Shown: positions 50,727 to 55,089 of the stretch, piece by piece
Numbering within the stretch: position 1 is the stretch's first letter
Layout: the number at the start of each line of letters is the position of its first letter
Virus record (IMG/VR): IMGVR_UViG_3300021091_000023
Direction: 5' to 3' (one strand)
Length of the DNA stretch: 55,089 nt
From: an uncultured virus (IMG/VR IMGVR_UViG_3300021091_000023)
Lineage: Duplodnaviria; Heunggongvirae; Uroviricota; Caudoviricetes
Notes under the pieces: model-generated
Told to the model about the DNA's origin: nothing
The model's database searches: none
The model's input: the letters and a program-made list of their open reading frames with translations, nothing else
Program-made: the position numbers and the translations under genes

Positions 50727-51373
50727 AATATTTTTACTTTTTATTAATACTACTTTTAACTTCTTGTGTTGAAATAATTGAAGATTTGAAAATCAATTCA
50801 GATGGGTCAGGAACATTTAAGTATTCAATTAACCTTAGCCAAAGTAAAACCAAAACTACAGCAATACTTGCTCTTGATAGTTTATATGGAGAAAAAATTC
50901 CTAAAATATCTGAAATTAAAGAAAAAATTAGTTTATTTAAAAAAAAACTAAAAGAGCAAGAAGGTATTACTAATGTAGTTATCACAGAAGACTATGAAAA
51001 CTATATAATAAAGTTACAGTGTGATTTTGAAAATATTGAATGTTTAGAAAAAGCCTTGAAAAATTCTTTATCTAAAATAAATAACAATGAAGATTACAAT
51101 TATGATTGGTTATCATACAAAAATAAAACACTAATTAGAAAAACACCGATTTTCAATTTAGAAGATATTAGAAGATTTGGAAACAAAGAAATATATAAAT
51201 TGAAAGAAGGAAACTATACGTCAATAACAAGATTTGCATCTAAAATTGATACTTTCGAAAACCTTCAATCAGTAAAATCTAAAAGTAACACGGCTCTCAT
51301 GATAAAAGTTAGTCCCGATATGTTATTGATAAACCAAAACTTATTAGATAATAAAATTAAATTAGAAAAATGA
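50723..51373 (+). CDS. lipoprotein
   Basis: Signal MKYFYFLLILLLTS-C lipobox followed by IN.DGSG. Confidence 0.75.
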   Translation: MKYFYFLLILLLTSCVEIIEDLKINSDGSGTFKYSINLSQSKTKTTAILALDSLYGEKIPKISEIKEKISLFKKKLKEQEGITNVVITEDYENYIIKLQCDFENIECLEKALKNSLSKINNNEDYNYDWLSYKNKTLIRKTPIFNLEDIRRFGNKEIYKLKEGNYTSITRFASKIDTFENLQSVKSKSNTALMIKVSPDMLLINQNLLDNKIKLEK

Positions 51374-52218
51374 TAGAAACAGGAAAGATTATAAATGGTG
51401 ATTGTATTGAGGTAATGAAAACATTACCTGAAGGATCCATTGATTTGATAGTTACTAGTTGTCCGTATGGTGTAGGTATTACCTATGATGTTTACGAAGA
51501 TGATGTTGAGTTTGAGGACTATAAAATATTCAGTAAAAATTGGTTAACTGAAGCATATAACGTATTAAAAGACGATGGTCGTATCGCATTAAACATCCCT
51601 TATGAAATTAACAGGCAAAAAAAGGGTGGTCGTATCTTTTTTGTTTCAGAGATGTGGCAAATTATGAAAGAAATTGGTTATGGGTTCTTTGGTATTGTTG
51701 ATTTGGAAGAACAATCACCACATAGAAGTAAAACCACCGCATGGGGTTCATGGATGTCACCATCGTCACCTTACATATATAACCCAAAAGAATGTGTTAT
51801 TTTAGCTTATAAAAAACACCATATTAAAAAAGTAAAAGGAGAACCACAGTGGAAAGGAACACCAACTGAAATAGAACAAGAAGATGGTACTATTAAGAAA
51901 AAAGTCGTATACGAGGAACAAGATAAAAAAGAATTCATGGAACTTGTATTTGGTCAGTGGAATTACTTTGCCGACACTAAGTCACTCACCAAGGCAACGT
52001 TTTCAATGGACATACCAACAAAGGCTATTAAAATATTGTCATATAAGAACGATATAGTTTTGGATCCGTTTGTTGGTAGTGGTACTAGTTTAGTAGCTGC
52101 TGAAGTGTTAGGAAGAAGATGGTTAGGGATAGAATTATCACCAAATTACACGGAAATTGCAAGAACAAGGGTAAAATACTTTAAAAAGTTAGAAGAAGTA
52201 AAAGAAGACCAACAGTAA
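51370..52218 (+). CDS. N4-cytosine/N6-adenine DNA methyltransferase (beta class)
   Basis: GDCIEVM, DLIVTSCPY, VLDPFVGSGT, GIELS. Confidence 0.88.
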   Translation: MIETGKIINGDCIEVMKTLPEGSIDLIVTSCPYGVGITYDVYEDDVEFEDYKIFSKNWLTEAYNVLKDDGRIALNIPYEINRQKKGGRIFFVSEMWQIMKEIGYGFFGIVDLEEQSPHRSKTTAWGSWMSPSSPYIYNPKECVILAYKKHHIKKVKGEPQWKGTPTEIEQEDGTIKKKVVYEEQDKKEFMELVFGQWNYFADTKSLTKATFSMDIPTKAIKILSYKNDIVLDPFVGSGTSLVAAEVLGRRWLGIELSPNYTEIARTRVKYFKKLEEVKEDQQ

Positions 52219-52231
52219 GGTTGGTTTTTTT
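52206..52231 (+). terminator. intrinsic terminator
   Basis: agaccaac-agtaag-gttggttt plus T run, spanning the stop codon. Confidence 0.7.
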
Positions 52232-52254
52232 GTTTTGTTTCATATTTATTTAGT

Positions 52255-54396
52255 ATGAAAAGACTAATTAAAGAATCAGGAATTAGGGATATTAATAAAC
52301 TAGCAAAAAGATACAAAAAAGCTAAAATTTATTTTCACCAAGATTTAGACGGCGTAACAACAGCCTTAGCAATGAAAAACTACCTCGAACAACATGGGAT
52401 AAGAGTTATTGACGCTGAAGTAATTCAATATGGTAATAAAGAATTTGCAATTAAAAAACCTGAAGGTGAGGGTGATGTGATGCCAGTATTAGTTGATTTT
52501 GCACACGGTAAACCGATGTTTGTTATACATACAGACCACCACGACAGTCAAGCGGGGGTTGAAAGTGACACCGCAACAAGTTTTAGGCACGCAAGATCTA
52601 ACGTGGAAACAATATCTCAAATATTATCACCAAAAGAAATTTTCACAGCAGAAGATATATTATTGATATCAACGGTTGATTCTGCAAATTTTGTAGCAAA
52701 TAAAATAACACCTGAAATGGTGATGAACTATCTTTTCAAATACGACAAAAACGAAACATTAAAAAGAAATAAAATGTTAATGGGACTTGTCGTTAATAAA
52801 CTACTTTTAGCGTATAAAGGTAAACCTAATTTTTTGGAAGATATTGTTTTAAACGCAAAACCATCCCTTTTAAGTATTTTGAATTTCATAAAAAAAGTAG
52901 CATTAGAAAAGGGGTATGCGAGCCCTGAAATATTAACAAAAAACACCGAAGATTATGTACAAAGTAGAAAAGATTCGGGTGTTGAGGTAACAGGTAATAT
53001 TCTATCACAATATGGTTTTGGATCAACAATGAAACCAGGTGCTTACGATAGATATACACCATTTAGAAACAATCCTGACGCTGATTTCCTTGTCACAGGA
53101 ATGCCTTTTGGTACAGTTCAAGCATCATGTAACCCCTTCAAAGAAAGTAGGGCACTTAAAGGCATAAATTTAGGTGAGATAAAAGATCAAGTTTTATTAG
53201 ATTTCAAACCGGAGTTAGAAAAACAAATACTACCATTTAGAACTATCAAAAGAATTGCAGAAAAAGAAGCGACAAAAGAATCTGTAGGATTCACATCAAG
53301 AGATATGATGGCGCTTTATGGATCGATGCCATCATACAATCCCGAAACACAATCAATTAACGGATACGATTTTTTGGTTGCAAATTCAGGAGGACACAAA
53401 TGTATCACAAATATTTCAGGAATTAATTTTATGTATAGTGGTTATGACAAACCATACACCAAAGATTTACCAAAAGAGGCAATTCCTATTGCGTTCTACG
53501 AAGGTCAAAATTCATTCATAAAAGATATAAAACAAAAACTTTTAAGATTTAGAAAATTATCTGAAAAACAAATTCAAGCAGCAATCAGTGGAATGAAAAG
53601 AGAGGGTGTTGATACTGAGTCATTAATGAATCAAAAACAAGAAAGAGGTTATTTAGATTTAGTAAAGGAGATTAAAGATCGTTTTGTTGACATTTTAAAT
53701 GAAAAAATGAATTCAGAAAATACAAATATTCGAGAATCTAAAGAAGAAAGTAAAAAATATTATGTTGATAAAAGTAAATTAGGTGGTAAGGGGGTATTTG
53801 CAAAAAAAGATTTAAAAAAGGGAGAAACGATAGGACTATTACACACAATTAAAAAAATGCATATTGACTACGAATTCACAGAATTAGGTAAAATGCACAA
53901 TCATAAAGACGAACCTAATTGTCATAATGAAAGAATTAATAATAAAAGATACTTGGTTGCATCAAAAAATATCAAAAAAGGTGAAGAACTAACAACAGAT
54001 TATAGACTACAACCGGACTTAGAACAACCACAAGATTGGTTCAAAGGTTTAAAAGAACAACACGAAAAAATGTGGCCACAAAAAGATGGTTACAGGACGT
54101 ATAGTCCATTTAAAGATTTAGAATATATCATAGTCGATGGTAATGGTATTGATTGCGACAATATTGTTTATGATCTCATATTAATTGGTGATAATGGTAG
54201 TTTAAGGTTTTGCAAAAAAAATACTGGTTCATATTTTTTACCGGGAGCCAATAAAGTTGTTGAAATACCTTTAAAAGATGGTGAAGATGGTGATATGTTT
54301 TTAGAAGACAAAAAAATGTTTATTAATTGGTTACATAATAAATTAAGAAAAATTGATAAAGATAGTGAAATAAGAGAAAAAATATTGCACTTTTGA
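52255..54396 (+). CDS. DHH phosphoesterase - SET domain fusion protein
   Basis: FHQDLDG, LVDF, TDHH and GGH; then GKGVFAKKDLKKGE, HNHKDEPNC, IKKGEELTTDY. TATTTAT at 52243. Confidence 0.85.
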   Translation: MKRLIKESGIRDINKLAKRYKKAKIYFHQDLDGVTTALAMKNYLEQHGIRVIDAEVIQYGNKEFAIKKPEGEGDVMPVLVDFAHGKPMFVIHTDHHDSQAGVESDTATSFRHARSNVETISQILSPKEIFTAEDILLISTVDSANFVANKITPEMVMNYLFKYDKNETLKRNKMLMGLVVNKLLLAYKGKPNFLEDIVLNAKPSLLSILNFIKKVALEKGYASPEILTKNTEDYVQSRKDSGVEVTGNILSQYGFGSTMKPGAYDRYTPFRNNPDADFLVTGMPFGTVQASCNPFKESRALKGINLGEIKDQVLLDFKPELEKQILPFRTIKRIAEKEATKESVGFTSRDMMALYGSMPSYNPETQSINGYDFLVANSGGHKCITNISGINFMYSGYDKPYTKDLPKEAIPIAFYEGQNSFIKDIKQKLLRFRKLSEKQIQAAISGMKREGVDTESLMNQKQERGYLDLVKEIKDRFVDILNEKMNSENTNIRESKEESKKYYVDKSKLGGKGVFAKKDLKKGETIGLLHTIKKMHIDYEFTELGKMHNHKDEPNCHNERINNKRYLVASKNIKKGEELTTDYRLQPDLEQPQDWFKGLKEQHEKMWPQKDGYRTYSPFKDLEYIIVDGNGIDCDNIVYDLILIGDNGSLRFCKKNTGSYFLPGANKVVEIPLKDGEDGDMFLEDKKMFINWLHNKLRKIDKDSEIREKILHF

Positions 54397-54457
54397 TTAA
54401 CAATGATATATTTATAAAATACCTCTGACAAAATTCATTATTTTTTAAGAAAAAAAA

Positions 54458-54488
54458 TTGACATTTTATAATAAATGTTTTAGATTTG
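54458..54488 (+). promoter_or_regulatory. early promoter (hybrid consensus)
   Basis: TTGACA-17 nt-TAGATTTG, equivalent to TTG-20-TAnnTTTG; followed by hairpin attagga-aacg-tcctaat (54496-54513). Confidence 0.7.
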
Positions 54489-54536
54489 TAAAACAATTAG
54501 GAAACGTCCTAATGATAATTTGAAAAATTGAAAAAA

Positions 54537-54680
54537 ATGAGTGAAGATCAACAAATTGTAAACGAAATTTACGCTTACATTAATGACAAAGGTCAGAGAC
54601 TATTTACACCTAATTATCAGTTCGCTGAAATTATGGCAAATAAATACGGAACCAATAAGGTGTACGTAGAAAAAAACTAA
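54537..54680 (+). CDS. 47-aa small protein (not in ORF track)
   Basis: MSEDQQIVNEIYAYINDKGQRLFTPNYQFAEIMANKYGTNKVYVEKN, with an A-rich start after the promoter. Confidence 0.7.
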   Translation: MSEDQQIVNEIYAYINDKGQRLFTPNYQFAEIMANKYGTNKVYVEKN

Positions 54681-54699
54681 AAAAAAGTCCACAAGGTAC

Positions 54700-54730
54700 T
54701 TGTCTAATTGAAAAAAAAGACTTAACTTTG
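54700..54730 (+). promoter_or_regulatory. Bacteroidota consensus promoter
   Basis: TTG-20 nt-TAACTTTG. Confidence 0.7.
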
Positions 54731-54736
54731 TAAAAG

Positions 54737-55089
54737 ATTTGAAACTGAAGGGGATGAAAGATACTCGTTGTCGAATCACAAAACGTTCTTTGAAAAACTA
54801 AAACCGACTGAAATGGTCGTCACAATTAAAAAAAAGCGAATTAACACCTCCCTTTCTTTAAGTGTGAAACTAAATTAAGTCATTGGGCCGTGTATGGTCC
54901 ATTAAAATAAACCACGAAAGTGGGATAAAGTGAACCTGAAGTGTAACGGGTTTGCGTCTTGGTGAGTCTTCGGATTTGTCGAGGTCGAGTACACAAGCGG
55001 GATACCGTTTAACCTTTAGTACCGAGGGCAACGCTGTAGGGAAAGTGGTTCGACGAACTGGCAATGTGGGTTGTCAGTTTGAGGTGGGA
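54737..55089 (+). ncRNA. large structured ncRNA, 3' truncated (family unassigned)
   Basis: GC rise, no plus-strand ORF, and serial hairpins rich in G-U pairs with GAAA and cUUCGg tetraloops. Confidence 0.75.

Noticed and set aside
54870..55064. 64-aa minus-strand ORF
   Set aside because: Atypical composition, and antisense to hairpins whose G-U pairs only work on the plus strand.
1..55089. Alternative genetic code (stop-codon reassignment)
   Set aside because: TAA, TAG and TGA all end genes at coupled junctions and coding density is high under code 11; only one internal stop (HNH) was seen.

Overview
AT-rich, gene-dense, mostly plus-strand segment of a large (jumbo-type) dsDNA phage using the standard genetic code. 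The host is very probably Bacteroidota, inferred from TTG-N19-20-TAnnTTTG promoters, A-rich translation starts without Shine-Dalgarno sequences, a Bacteroidota-type RpoD, an Hc1-like protein, SprB repeats and a DUF6576 tail. Positions 1-19.5 kb are a virion baseplate/fibre module with SprB-repeat, DUF285-repeat and Cys-rich Pro/Thr-linker proteins, and two glycosyltransferases (GT60-like, HtrL/YibB-like) embedded in it. Positions 19.5-33.4 kb are replication, recombination and transcription genes: RuvC-like resolvase, a nonsense-interrupted HNH, primase, exonuclease, SbcD/SbcC, two DNA methyltransferases and a sigma factor. Positions 33.4-54.4 kb hold membrane/lysis-like and head-related genes plus DnaJ, Dam, LRR, PcfJ, glutaredoxin, a third and fourth methyltransferase, a catalytically dead MetK-like protein and a DHH-SET fusion. 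The window ends inside a highly structured probable large ncRNA. The best candidate novel systems are (1) O-glycosylation of mucin-like virion fibres, (2) a TATTTAT late promoter coupled to an N-terminal amphipathic tag ending in (I/L/V)-x-E on unrelated cargo proteins, including the SET methyltransferase, (3) a pseudo-MetK among several SAM-dependent enzymes, and (4) the terminal ncRNA. All family assignments come from motif recognition by eye; no database search was run.
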